DNA from: Corynebacterium amycolatum
GTDB lineage: Bacteria; Actinomycetota; Actinomycetes; Mycobacteriales; Mycobacteriaceae
Assembly (NCBI RefSeq): GCF_049243625.1
Contig: NZ_CP046975.1
Length of the DNA stretch: 32,000 nucleotides
Direction: 5' to 3' (one strand)
The notes beneath the pieces are model-generated. The model had not been told where the DNA came from, did not search any database, and saw only the letters and a program-made list of their open reading frames with translations. Shown in pieces: positions 10,250-18,250 of this stretch. The stretch's first letter is position 1. The number at the start of each line of letters is the position of its first letter. The translations under genes and the position numbers were made by a program.

Positions 10250-10653
10250 CACGCACCGCCAATCCCGCGAGCTGCAACGGCTCCCATTTTCGGTGAAATG
10301 GACTGCAACGCATGTGCGCCTGCATCTTCAGCAGTGGACACCGCAGAGACAAGAGCGTTCAGTGCACGAGCAGCGCTGGTGCCGTACTCATTCAGCTCAG
10401 CCACATGCTCATGTTGGCGCTGTAGAGCAGTGGCTGCAGCGTGACAGAAGGGGCCGGCAAACGGGACGTCGCCAAGCGAGTGCAGTGCGCTGATGTCCAA
10501 GGCAGTGCCGCTGTCCTGCTGCGACAATGCGTCAAGGCGCGCGGCATTGGCAGAAATAAGCTCTGGCACCAGCGTAAAGACTGAGTCATTCCCGCTAGTG
10601 GCCGGAGAGAGAAATGATTGGCTGTGGGGACTGTGCGGTGATGGACGGGACAA
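10249..10653 (-). CDS. Small helical protein, EspC/DUF2580-like (type VII secretion target-like) by eye
   Basis: 134-aa ORF with TTG start at 10653 and a GAGAGG SD 9 nt upstream. Stop TGA 10251..10249 overlaps the NlpC/P60 start. Sequence ...FTLVPELISANAARLDALSQ...ALNALVSAVSTAEDAGAHAL... The family assignment is not verified by any search. Confidence 0.55.
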   Translation of the reverse strand: MSRPSPHSPHSQSFLSPATSGNDSVFTLVPELISANAARLDALSQQDSGTALDISALHSLGDVPFAGPFCHAAATALQRQHEHVAELNEYGTSAARALNALVSAVSTAEDAGAHALQSISPKMGAVAARGIGGA

Positions 10654-10916
10654 GATTTACGGCCTCTCTAGGAAATTCGCGTGTGGTTAAACACTCAGTG
10701 CTGTGGCAGAACGGCTAGCGAGGTTCGGACGGCGACTGAGTGGCAAGTGGATTTGGTAGTAAGCGGGCTTACACAAATGGGGCGCAGTAAAAAGCCCTCG
10801 TATTGTTAGGCGCGAAAAAGGCCGATTCGGTTCCATCTTTTTTGCGGAACGCGTTTTCAGAAACTTGCGATGCCGGCACCAGAGCGGCAAAAGCAAAGCA
10901 ATGTATTTTGGAAGGC

Positions 10917-11552
10917 ATGGAGATTACCGTTGTCAACCATCCCTTGGCACAGTCACGTTTGACCATTCTGCGCGACGCGCGCACTGATAACGCGGGCTTC
11001 CGTGCGGCACTCGCCGATCTGGGCGCAATGCTGATTTACGAGGCAAGCCGGGAGCTGCCCGTCGATAACTTCGATGTTCAGACCCCAATCACCACCGCGC
11101 CGGGTTACCGTCTGCAGGATCCGCCGATTATTGTTCCCGTCATTCGTGCGGGGCTTGGCATGATTGATCCGTCGCTGTCGATGATTCCGGATGCGCAGGT
11201 GGGATTTATTGGCTTGGCTCGTAATGAGGAAACCCATGAGCCGGTGCCGTACCTCGAGGCGCTGCCGGAGGATTTGTCCGGGCGCACTGTCTTCCTGGTC
11301 GACCCAATGCTGGCAACCGGTGGTTCACTGCTGCATGCCCTGAAGCTGTTGGCAGATCGCGGAGCGGACAACATCACGGCCGTGTGCATCATTTCCGCAC
11401 AGCAGGGTGTCGACGCCTTGAAGGAATCCGGTTTCCCGGTGCGTCTTGTCACCACTGTGGTGGACCCGGATCTTAACGAGGATGCCTACATCGTGCCGGG
11501 GCTGGGAGATGCGGGCGACCGCCTCTACGGTCCCCGCAACATTGATCTTTAA
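10917..11552 (+). CDS. upp: Uracil phosphoribosyltransferase
   Basis: [20 protein letters not shown]..., PRPP-binding loop [14 protein letters not shown]-terminal [15 protein letters not shown]. Track start 10803 trimmed to ATG 10917, which has GGAAGG just upstream. Confidence 0.93.
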   Translation: MEITVVNHPLAQSRLTILRDARTDNAGFRAALADLGAMLIYEASRELPVDNFDVQTPITTAPGYRLQDPPIIVPVIRAGLGMIDPSLSMIPDAQVGFIGLARNEETHEPVPYLEALPEDLSGRTVFLVDPMLATGGSLLHALKLLADRGADNITAVCIISAQQGVDALKESGFPVRLVTTVVDPDLNEDAYIVPGLGDAGDRLYGPRNIDL

Positions 11553-11561
11553 GTTGATTTC

Positions 11562-12257
11562 TTAGGCAGTGCCCCAGGCTTCTGCAGCGTACTTTTTGAC
11601 GACCTCGTTGTCCTTGGTCACAAGAACTCCGTCGGGGGACATCTGGTACTTGTACGAGCCGTTTTGTGCAACAACGCGGTCGCCCTCATCGACGATGATG
11701 TCCATCGATCCGGAACCCTGTGGTGTATCGGAGCGGTAGTACTTCTCGCCGGAGCGTGTCTCACAAGCAGCAGCCTTAATTCCCTGTTCAGCGGCGACAA
11801 CAGCAAAAGCTCGGTCGCCGCTGTCGCAGCGTGCGGAGCTGCCCACGAAGCCCAGGCCGTCCAGGTCGGAGCGCCCAGTGCCGAAGTCCTGTCCCTCCGG
11901 AGCTGATGTCGGCTCGGAGCTCGTCGTCGTGGATGACGAAGACGTGGTGCTCGGCGTCGACGACGAGGAAGATGTCGAAGTGCTCGGCGTGCTTGACGAC
12001 GTCTCGGAGGTCTTCGACGTAGTTGTCGTCGTGGTGGTCGTCTTGCTCGTAGAAGTCGAACTCGTCGAGGACGGCGGTGTCGAACTGGGCGACGTCGGCT
12101 GCGAGGAGGAGGGGACCTCCGGACGCTGGGGCTCATCACTATTGTTCAGCGACAGGCCGATGGCGATGCCGATGACGACCACGAGTGCTGTGGCCACGAT
12201 GATGATGGGGATGCTGAGAGACTTAGGTGTGCCATTGCCGGACATGCCTATTATCAT
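11562..12257 (-). CDS. Membrane-anchored protein: N-terminal TM helix, 69-aa Ser/Thr-rich linker, Cys-containing C-terminal globular domain (hypothetical)
   Basis: Start trimmed to ATG 12257 (MIIGMSGNG...) with a GAGGAAG SD 6 nt upstream. TM helix SIPIIIVATALVVVIGIAIGLSL. Linker SSSQPTSPSSTPPSSTSSTSTSKTTTTTTTTSKTSETSSSTPSTSTSSSSSTPSTTSSSSTTTSSEPTS. C-terminal domain has ...SSARCDSGD...AAACETRSG... Confidence 0.7.
   Translation of the reverse strand: MIIGMSGNGTPKSLSIPIIIVATALVVVIGIAIGLSLNNSDEPQRPEVPSSSQPTSPSSTPPSSTSSTSTSKTTTTTTTTSKTSETSSSTPSTSTSSSSSTPSTTSSSSTTTSSEPTSAPEGQDFGTGRSDLDGLGFVGSSARCDSGDRAFAVVAAEQGIKAAACETRSGEKYYRSDTPQGSGSMDIIVDEGDRVVAQNGSYKYQMSPDGVLVTKDNEVVKKYAAEAWGTA
11904..12110 (-). 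repeat. Low-complexity coding repeat (Ser/Thr codons) inside the 11562..12257 gene
   Basis: Imperfect reiteration of GTCGTCG/GACGACG-type units. An 11-nt unit GTGCTCGGCGT occurs twice about 33 nt apart, encoding a repeated (S)STPST. The repeat also generates spurious ORFs on both strands. Confidence 0.7.
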
Positions 12258-12417
12258 CGCAGACTTCCTCAAAATGTGAAACATCTGATAATTGAAGAGG
12301 TCAAAGTTAAAGAAGTGACTCCTGGTCATGTGTACGTCTGGCGCTGACATTCAAGCGCTTGCCGGCCACTGCTATCGCTGGCCCAGTCGTCGGTAGGCCT
12401 CTTGTTACGGCCTGTCG

Positions 12418-13668
12418 ATGGAGCGCTTACACTGGAGAGTTGTGATTGAGGAGTTTATTAAGCACTGGTGGGCCGAGCATGCGAACGAGGTTCTCGAGTG
12501 GCGGCGGCATCTTCATGCGCACCCAGAGCTATCTCACATGGAGCACGCCACCACGGCTTTTGTGGAGGAGAAGCTGCGTGCTGCAGGGCTGAAACCAGTG
12601 CTGTTTCCCAACACCGGCTTGATGGTTGACATTGGTGAAGCCGAACTCGCCGGTAGTGACGCCGGAGGTGAACTCCCAGGGCGTCTCGCTTTCCGTGGTG
12701 ACATAGACGCGCTTCCAATTACTGAGACCACGGGGCTGGAGTTTGCCAGCACCAACGATGGCGTCATGCATGCCTGCGGGCATGATTTTCACACCGCGAT
12801 TACGCTCGCGACGGCATTGGCCATGGCTGAGTACCACGAGAAGCACACGTTGCCTACTCCGCTGCGTTTCATTTTCCAACCGGCAGAGGAAGTCATGGTT
12901 GGCGGTGCGCCCGAAGTTATCGCTGCCGGTGCGCTCAATGGTGTTGAACGTATTTTTGCTGTCCACTGTGAGCCGAAGTTACGTGTCGGTCACGTTGGCG
13001 TTCGAACAGGTGCCATCACCTCTGCAGCCGACACCCTGGAGATTCAGGTGCATGGTCCGGGCGGGCATACCTCTCGTCCGCAGATGACGGCCGATGTTGT
13101 CTATGCGCTGGGTAAATTGATTGTAGATTTGCCGGGCTTGCTGTCGCGACGCGTCGATCCTCGTACGGGCACCGTGCTGACGTTCGGCTCCGTTCACTCC
13201 GGGTACGCGCACAACGCGATTCCGTCGGAAGGCAGCGTCAGTGGCACCCTGCGCACCGCGGACATCAAGACCTGGCGCGACATCGATCCACTTGTGCGCG
13301 AACTGATTGAACAGGTCCTCGCTCCGACCGGCGCCGATTGCACCATCAACTACGAGCGTGGCGTGCCGCCTGTGCTTAACGACGAATACTGCACCGCCCT
13401 GATTGCGGAAGCGGTGCGACGAGTGGACGAGAATGCTGTCATTCAGGCCCCACAGTCGTCCGGCGGCGAGGACTTCGGTTGGTATCTCGAGCACGTCCCG
13501 GGTGCGATGGCTCGTCTGGGCTGCTGGTCCGGTCGTGGAGACAAGCACGATTTGCACCGAGATGATCTAATCGTGGACGAGCGTTGCCTGGGCGTTGGTG
13601 TGAAACTCTTCGCTGGCATCGTCGCACGCTATGAGGATGGCGCGCAGCCAACCATGACTGTCCGTTAG
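12418..13668 (+). CDS. M20-family amidohydrolase (N-acyl-L-amino acid amidohydrolase / hippurate hydrolase-like)
   Basis: ...WRRHLHAHPELSHMEH..., HACGHDFH metal-binding motif, ...SGGEDFGWYL... Start ATG 12418 is uncertain; GTG 12442 is possible. Confidence 0.85.
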   Translation: MERLHWRVVIEEFIKHWWAEHANEVLEWRRHLHAHPELSHMEHATTAFVEEKLRAAGLKPVLFPNTGLMVDIGEAELAGSDAGGELPGRLAFRGDIDALPITETTGLEFASTNDGVMHACGHDFHTAITLATALAMAEYHEKHTLPTPLRFIFQPAEEVMVGGAPEVIAAGALNGVERIFAVHCEPKLRVGHVGVRTGAITSAADTLEIQVHGPGGHTSRPQMTADVVYALGKLIVDLPGLLSRRVDPRTGTVLTFGSVHSGYAHNAIPSEGSVSGTLRTADIKTWRDIDPLVRELIEQVLAPTGADCTINYERGVPPVLNDEYCTALIAEAVRRVDENAVIQAPQSSGGEDFGWYLEHVPGAMARLGCWSGRGDKHDLHRDDLIVDERCLGVGVKLFAGIVARYEDGAQPTMTVR

Positions 13669-13743
13669 AATATTGGGGCAAAGCGGGGAAAATGCCTCCC
13701 GCGGTAGTTACATTGTGATATCCACGGCAACTTTGGAGGATTT

Positions 13744-15153
13744 GTGGCACAGAGGATCGTAATCATTGGCGGCGGCCCAGCCGGCTACGAAGCAGCGCTG
13801 GTTGGCGCCAAGTACGGTGCTGAAGTCACTGTGGTTGAGGATGCCGGTATGGGCGGTTCTTCCGTCCTGTGGGATTGCGTTCCCTCTAAGGCCTTCATCG
13901 CGGCGACGGGCGTTCGTACCGATATGCGCCGTGCGGACGAGATGGGTCTTCGCCCGGACTTCTCCCAGCGTAAAATCGACTTCACTGCGGTCAACGAGCG
14001 CGTTAAGCGCCTGGCGCAGCAGCAGTCTGACGATGTTCGCGCACAGATGGAGCGCGAGGGCATCAAGATGCTGCAGGGCCGCGGTCGTCTCGATGACCAC
14101 GACCCGGGCCGTGTAACTCACTACGTCACCGTCGACTTGCTCGAGGGCGGCGAGGTCACTCTTGAAGCCGACCTGGTGCTGGTCTGCACCGGTGCGTCCC
14201 CACGTATTCTGCCGGGTGCGATTCCTGATGGTGACCGTATTTTGACCTGGCGTCAGGTTTACGAACTGGAGGAGCTGCCGGAGCACCTCATTGTGGTCGG
14301 TTCTGGTGTTACCGGCGCTGAGTTCGTATCCTCTTTCACCGAGTTGGGTGTGAAGGTCACCATGGTCGCTTCGCGTGACCGTATCCTGCCGCACGAGGAT
14401 GCTGACGCTGCAGATGCCCTGGAGGAGGTCCTGCTGGAGCGCGGTGTGGACGTTGTGAAGAACGCCCGCTGTGATCTTGTCGAACGCACTGAGGACGGCG
14501 GCGTTCGCGTCGTCACTTCCGACGGCCGTGAGGTCTTCGGCTCCCACGCGTTGATGACCGTTGGATCGATTCCGAACACTGCGGATATGGGGCTGGACGC
14601 AAGTGGTGTGAAAATGACCCCGTCTGGCCACATTCACGTTGACCGTGTTTCCCGCACCAACGTGCCGGGCATCTACGCTGCCGGTGACTGCACCGACTTG
14701 TTCCCGCTGGCTTCCGTTGCAGCTATGCAGGGTCGTATTGCGATGTACCACGCCCTCGGTGAAGGTGTTTCGCCAATTCGCCTGCGCACCGTTTCCTCGG
14801 CAGTGTTCACCCGCCCGGAGATTGCGACTGTTGGTGTCTCCCAGGCTCAGATTGAGTCCGGTGAGGTCTCCGCTCGTGTTGAGGTTTTCCCGCTGGCAGG
14901 TAACCCGCGTGCGAAGATGCGCTCGCTGCGCCACGGCTTCGTCAAGCTGTTCTGCCGTAAGAATTCCGGCATGATTATCGGTGGTGTGGTGGTCGCTCCG
15001 ACCGCCTCGGAGCTGATTCTGCCAATTGCTGTGTGTGTTTCCAACCAGCTCACCGTCGATGACCTGGCAAGCTCCTTCTCTGTCTACCCGTCGCTGTCTG
15101 GCTCGATTACTGAGGCTGCTCGTCAGCTGATGGCACACGACGATTTGGATTAA
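13744..15153 (+). CDS. lpdA: Pyridine-nucleotide-disulfide-oxidoreductase-family flavoprotein, LpdA (Rv3303c)-like. Probably an NAD(P)H:quinone reductase, not a true lipoamide dehydrogenase
   Basis: GTG start with GGAGGA upstream. FAD-binding site IVIIGGGPAGYEAA and NAD(P) site LIVVGSGVTGAEF. The disulfide motif reads GGSSVLWDCVPSK, so only one Cys is present. The C-terminal His-Glu dyad is replaced (VYPSLSGS). Confidence 0.85.
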   Translation: MAQRIVIIGGGPAGYEAALVGAKYGAEVTVVEDAGMGGSSVLWDCVPSKAFIAATGVRTDMRRADEMGLRPDFSQRKIDFTAVNERVKRLAQQQSDDVRAQMEREGIKMLQGRGRLDDHDPGRVTHYVTVDLLEGGEVTLEADLVLVCTGASPRILPGAIPDGDRILTWRQVYELEELPEHLIVVGSGVTGAEFVSSFTELGVKVTMVASRDRILPHEDADAADALEEVLLERGVDVVKNARCDLVERTEDGGVRVVTSDGREVFGSHALMTVGSIPNTADMGLDASGVKMTPSGHIHVDRVSRTNVPGIYAAGDCTDLFPLASVAAMQGRIAMYHALGEGVSPIRLRTVSSAVFTRPEIATVGVSQAQIESGEVSARVEVFPLAGNPRAKMRSLRHGFVKLFCRKNSGMIIGGVVVAPTASELILPIAVCVSNQLTVDDLASSFSVYPSLSGSITEAARQLMAHDDLD

Positions 15154-15203
15154 TGCTGGTATCGCGACTGGCAGCATGACCGGCCGCACTCGTAATTAAA
15201 ACA

Positions 15204-15235
15204 AGCCGAGCCCCGAAAGTGGGGCTCGGCTTTTT
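15204..15235. terminator. Bidirectional rho-independent terminator between convergent lpdA-like and mycoredoxin genes
   Basis: Perfect 11-bp stem AGCCGAGCCCC / GGGGCTCGGCT (15204-15214 / 15221-15231) with loop GAAAGT. It is flanked by an A-rich tract upstream and TTTTT downstream. Confidence 0.85.
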
Positions 15236-15275
15236 GGTTGTGCAATAAGAACGTACCGATGCGCTTATGCTGTGC

Positions 15276-15554
15276 TTACTTGCTGGAGAGCTCAGCGTAC
15301 TTAGCGGTGACTTCCTCCACAGACGGATTCGTGGCGTGCTCGCCATCGGAGTACAGCACAGTCGGCACAACGCGGTTGCCGTCATTGACGGACTCAACCC
15401 ACTTCGAAAGGTCGTCGTGCTTTTCGACGTCCCAAGCCTCAAACGGAGTGCCGTTTTCCTTCAGGCCAGCAATGAGGTTCTGGCAGAAAGGGCACCAGGC
15501 CGCAGCGTAAATGGTCACGTGTTCGGTGGTCTGTGGAGTCTTCACATCAGTCAT
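15276..15554 (-). CDS. mrx1: Mycoredoxin / glutaredoxin-like protein (NrdH-Mrx1 family)
   Basis: 92 aa from ATG 15554: MTDVKTPQTTEHVTIYAAAWCPFCQ... (CxxC), ...SVNDGNRVVPTVLYSDGEHATNP... The track ORF is over-extended to 15623. Confidence 0.8.
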   Translation of the reverse strand: MTDVKTPQTTEHVTIYAAAWCPFCQNLIAGLKENGTPFEAWDVEKHDDLSKWVESVNDGNRVVPTVLYSDGEHATNPSVEEVTAKYAELSSK

Positions 15555-15693
15555 ACTTAGTCCAACGCGCGGACCAAGGCCGATATTCCATTGCGCAATA
15601 CGTCCGCCGGGCAGTAGCCCCACCTCAGAGCCTTGCTAGGCAGCCTTCCCAGATGCTCTTCGGAGGCTTTCCTTCCGAGGCTTTTAAAGGAAG

Positions 15694-16224
15694 CTAATCC
15701 TCTATGCGCCGCCATGTGCAGAAGCGGTAGCGTAGGCCGGTCGTTGACGTCTGCCACGGGCCATCCTCAATGCGGACCCAGTCGTAGAGGTCGGGAGCCA
15801 TGACCGGTACCGGGACATTGACATCAGTATCAATGTCGGTGACCACGCATTCGTCGGCAAGCGAAAGTGCATCGCGATAGACACGTCCGCCCCCGATAAT
15901 CCATGCTGCGGGCTCGTCGGCGACGGCTGCGAGTGCCGCTTCGAGACTGGCTGCGGATTCACCGCCGGGGAAATCGGACACGGAGCGTGAAAGGACGATG
16001 TTTCGACGACCCGGGAGTGGACGGAACTTGGGATTCAGCGAGTCCCACGTGCGGCGCCCCATGATGACTGGTGCGCCCATCGTCGTTGTTTTGAAATGCT
16101 GGAGATCTTCAGGCAGATGCCAGGGCATAGTCGCGCCGTCGCCGATAATGCCGGCCCGAGACTGCGCCCAAATCATCCCTACAAACGGGGGCCTTGCACT
16201 GGTGGAAGCGGTGGACTCGTTCAT
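15694..16224 (-). CDS. folA: Dihydrofolate reductase
   Basis: ...MIWAQSRAGIIGDGATMPWHLPEDLQHFK...IMGRRTWDSL...VLSR...IIGGGRVY... Start set to ATG 16224, with GAAAGGTGAG 7 nt upstream; GTG 16236 is an alternative. It lies 23 nt (11 nt for the GTG 16236 start) downstream of the thyA stop. Confidence 0.9.
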   Translation of the reverse strand: MNESTASTSARPPFVGMIWAQSRAGIIGDGATMPWHLPEDLQHFKTTTMGAPVIMGRRTWDSLNPKFRPLPGRRNIVLSRSVSDFPGGESAASLEAALAAVADEPAAWIIGGGRVYRDALSLADECVVTDIDTDVNVPVPVMAPDLYDWVRIEDGPWQTSTTGLRYRFCTWRRIED

Positions 16225-16247
16225 GTCGACACTCACCTTTCGCTGAC

Positions 16248-17084
16248 TTAGACAGCCACCTGACCGCGAATCAGAGGATGCGGGTCGTAGCCGATGACCT
16301 CGATGTCCTCGTAAGCGTAGTCGAAAATGCTGTCGGCCTTCCGAAGCTTCAGCGTGGGATAGGGGCGTGGCTCACGGGAGACCTGCAGTTCGCACTGTTC
16401 AATGTGGTTGTCATAGATGTGGCAATCACCACCGGTCCAGATGAACTCACCAACATCCAAGCCCGCCTGCTGCGCCATCATGTGCGTCAACAGTGCATAG
16501 GAAGCGATGTTAAATGGCACGCCCAGGAACATGTCCGCGCTGCGCTGGTAGAGCTGGCAGCTGAGCTTGCCATCTGCGACGTAGAACTGGAACAGCAGAT
16601 GGCATGGCGGCAGCGCCATATTGGAAATCTCGGAGACATTCCAGGCGCTGACGATGTTACGGCGGCTATCCGGGTTGGACTTCAAAGTCTCCAGCGCCTG
16701 TGCAATCTGGTCGATGTGGTGCCCATCCGGAGTGGGCCAGGAGCGCCACTGCACGCCATAGACCGGGCCGAGGTCGCCGTTGTCGTCTGCCCACTCATCC
16801 CAAATAGTCACTCCGCGGTCCTGGAGCCACCGGACGTTTGAATCGCCGCGGAGGAACCACAGCAGCTCGTACACGATGGACTTCAGGTGCACCTTTTTAG
16901 TGGTGATCAGCGGGAAGCCCTCGCTCAGATCAAAGCGCAGTTGGCGGCCGAACACTGAGCGAGTGCCCGTGCCAGTGCGGTCTGATTTCGCTGCTCCGTC
17001 AGCGAGAATTTCGCGCAGCAAATCCTCGTACGGAGTCTTAATGCCCTGATGAGGCTGTGTCGTGATGTCAGTGGAGTCGGTCAT
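16248..17084 (-). CDS. thyA: Thymidylate synthase (ThyA type)
   Basis: ...[12 protein letters not shown]..., active-site ...[14 protein letters not shown]..., ...[18 protein letters not shown]... 278 aa. Confidence 0.95.
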   Translation of the reverse strand: MTDSTDITTQPHQGIKTPYEDLLREILADGAAKSDRTGTGTRSVFGRQLRFDLSEGFPLITTKKVHLKSIVYELLWFLRGDSNVRWLQDRGVTIWDEWADDNGDLGPVYGVQWRSWPTPDGHHIDQIAQALETLKSNPDSRRNIVSAWNVSEISNMALPPCHLLFQFYVADGKLSCQLYQRSADMFLGVPFNIASYALLTHMMAQQAGLDVGEFIWTGGDCHIYDNHIEQCELQVSREPRPYPTLKLRKADSIFDYAYEDIEVIGYDPHPLIRGQVAV

Positions 17085-17100
17085 AGCCGCCCTAACTTAC

Positions 17101-17856
17101 CTACTTCTGCTCTTGATTCTTGAATTCCTTCACCGCTGCCAGAATCTCCTCCGACAGGTCCGGTCGGCAGAACAGCATATCCGGCAGGAAAGTATCGACA
17201 TTATTGTAGGTCGGCGCGGAGCCGTCTAGGCGGCTGACATGCAAACCGGCGGACTTAGCGACACCAACCGGCGCTGCCGAGTCCCACTCGTACTGACCAC
17301 CGTCGTGGATGTAGGCGTCGTAGTCACCGAGCAGCACGTGCATTGCCTTCGCGCCAGCGGAGCCCATCTCCACCAGCTCCATGCCCAGCTTGTCAGCGAC
17401 GTACTTCGCCACAGCCGGTGGGCGAGTACGCGATACGACAATCTTGCCCGCACGCGGCCCCTGCACAGCCTTGGCCTCACCCGTGTGGAAAACCTGGCCG
17501 TGATCCGGCAGACCAACAGCAGCGTGGGTCGGCTGACCGTCCTCTACCAGAGCGACATGAACTGCCCAGTCCTGACGGCCCGAAGCAAACTCTCGAGTGC
17601 CATCGAGTGGGTCAATGATCCACACACGCTTTGAGTCCAGGCGCTCACGGTTATCCGCGGCTTCCTCCGACAGCAGTCCGTCGTCCGGACGGTGCTGCTC
17701 CAGTACGCGGGCAATCCACTCCTGTGCCAGTGCGTCGCCGGCATCTCCCAGAATGCGGCCACGCAGCAGGCCTACGTTGCGGACACCCTTGAGAATTTCA
17801 CTGGCGCCCACGGCAAGTCGATAGGCAAGAACATCATCTTCAATGTAGGCAGACAT
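17101..17856 (-). CDS. cysQ: 3'(2'),5'-bisphosphate nucleotidase, inositol-monophosphatase family (CysQ-like)
   Basis: IMPase-family motifs ...LLSEEAAD... and WIIDPLDGTREF. Lies 16 nt upstream of thyA on the same strand, consistent with a cysQ-thyA-folA operon. Confidence 0.8.
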   Translation of the reverse strand: MSAYIEDDVLAYRLAVGASEILKGVRNVGLLRGRILGDAGDALAQEWIARVLEQHRPDDGLLSEEAADNRERLDSKRVWIIDPLDGTREFASGRQDWAVHVALVEDGQPTHAAVGLPDHGQVFHTGEAKAVQGPRAGKIVVSRTRPPAVAKYVADKLGMELVEMGSAGAKAMHVLLGDYDAYIHDGGQYEWDSAAPVGVAKSAGLHVSRLDGSAPTYNNVDTFLPDMLFCRPDLSEEILAAVKEFKNQEQK

Positions 17857-18027
17857 GACTTAGATACTATTCACTTTTTCCCAACCCCGCTTTACGACGA
17901 GATGCCGCGACTTATTCTCACCGCAGCCAGGTGGCCTCATTGGCTTAGCTCCAGACCTTGCGCAGGTGTTAGTTGAGCCTTGCTAGCTCCAGTTGCCGAC
18001 TACGCATCCTGACTAGACTTAAGTGGC

Positions 18028-18167
18028 ATGAAGACCTTGCTGAATATCATTTGGCTTTTGTTCGGTGGCCTGTGGCCAATGTCAAGATGATCCCGGTGAC
18101 CTGCTTCCCATTTGGCAAGGAGATTGTTAAGGGCTATCGCGCTGACGGTTACGCGGTGAAGATTTAG
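18028..18167 (+). pseudogene. Decayed YccF/DUF307-family membrane protein gene (internal deletion plus frameshift)
   Basis: ATG 18028 encodes MKTLLNIIWLLFGGLW, the family-typical LNI.W...GG.W start, then PMSR and a stop at 18088-18090. A different frame continues ...KMIPVTCFPFGKEIVKGYRADGYAVKI* to 18167, matching the family L.PFG.E(V/I)V end. The central IIGIP-containing helix is missing. Confidence 0.55.
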
Positions 18168-18171
18168 GGGG

Positions 18172-18218
18172 ATACAAATAACAAAAGTCCGCCCGCAGCG
18201 AGAAGCCGAGGGCGGGCT
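18172..18218 (-). terminator. Rho-independent terminator downstream of pgi
   Basis: On the minus strand: 9-bp stem AGCCCGCCC / GGGCGGACT (one G-U pair) with a 16-nt loop, followed by TTTTGTTATTTG. Confidence 0.65.
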
Positions 18219-18250
18219 GTTAGCTATTTAGGCCAGCTGTCTAAGAGCCG

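Noticed and set aside
13708-15189. 493-aa ORF on the minus strand completely covering the lpdA-like gene. Similar long antisense ORFs are 29234..30787 (517 aa, opposite purH), 18623..19849 (408 aa, opposite pgi), 16194..16841 (opposite thyA), and the 6416..7483 part of track ORF 5165..7483 (opposite add).
   Set aside because: All are in the codon-aligned antisense frame; I checked the coordinates modulo 3. In that frame a stop can arise only from sense codons TTA/CTA/TCA, which these biased genes avoid. Their translations are low-complexity R/G/V/H-rich with no motifs, whereas the sense strands carry unambiguous enzyme signatures. These are shadow ORFs, not overlapping genes.
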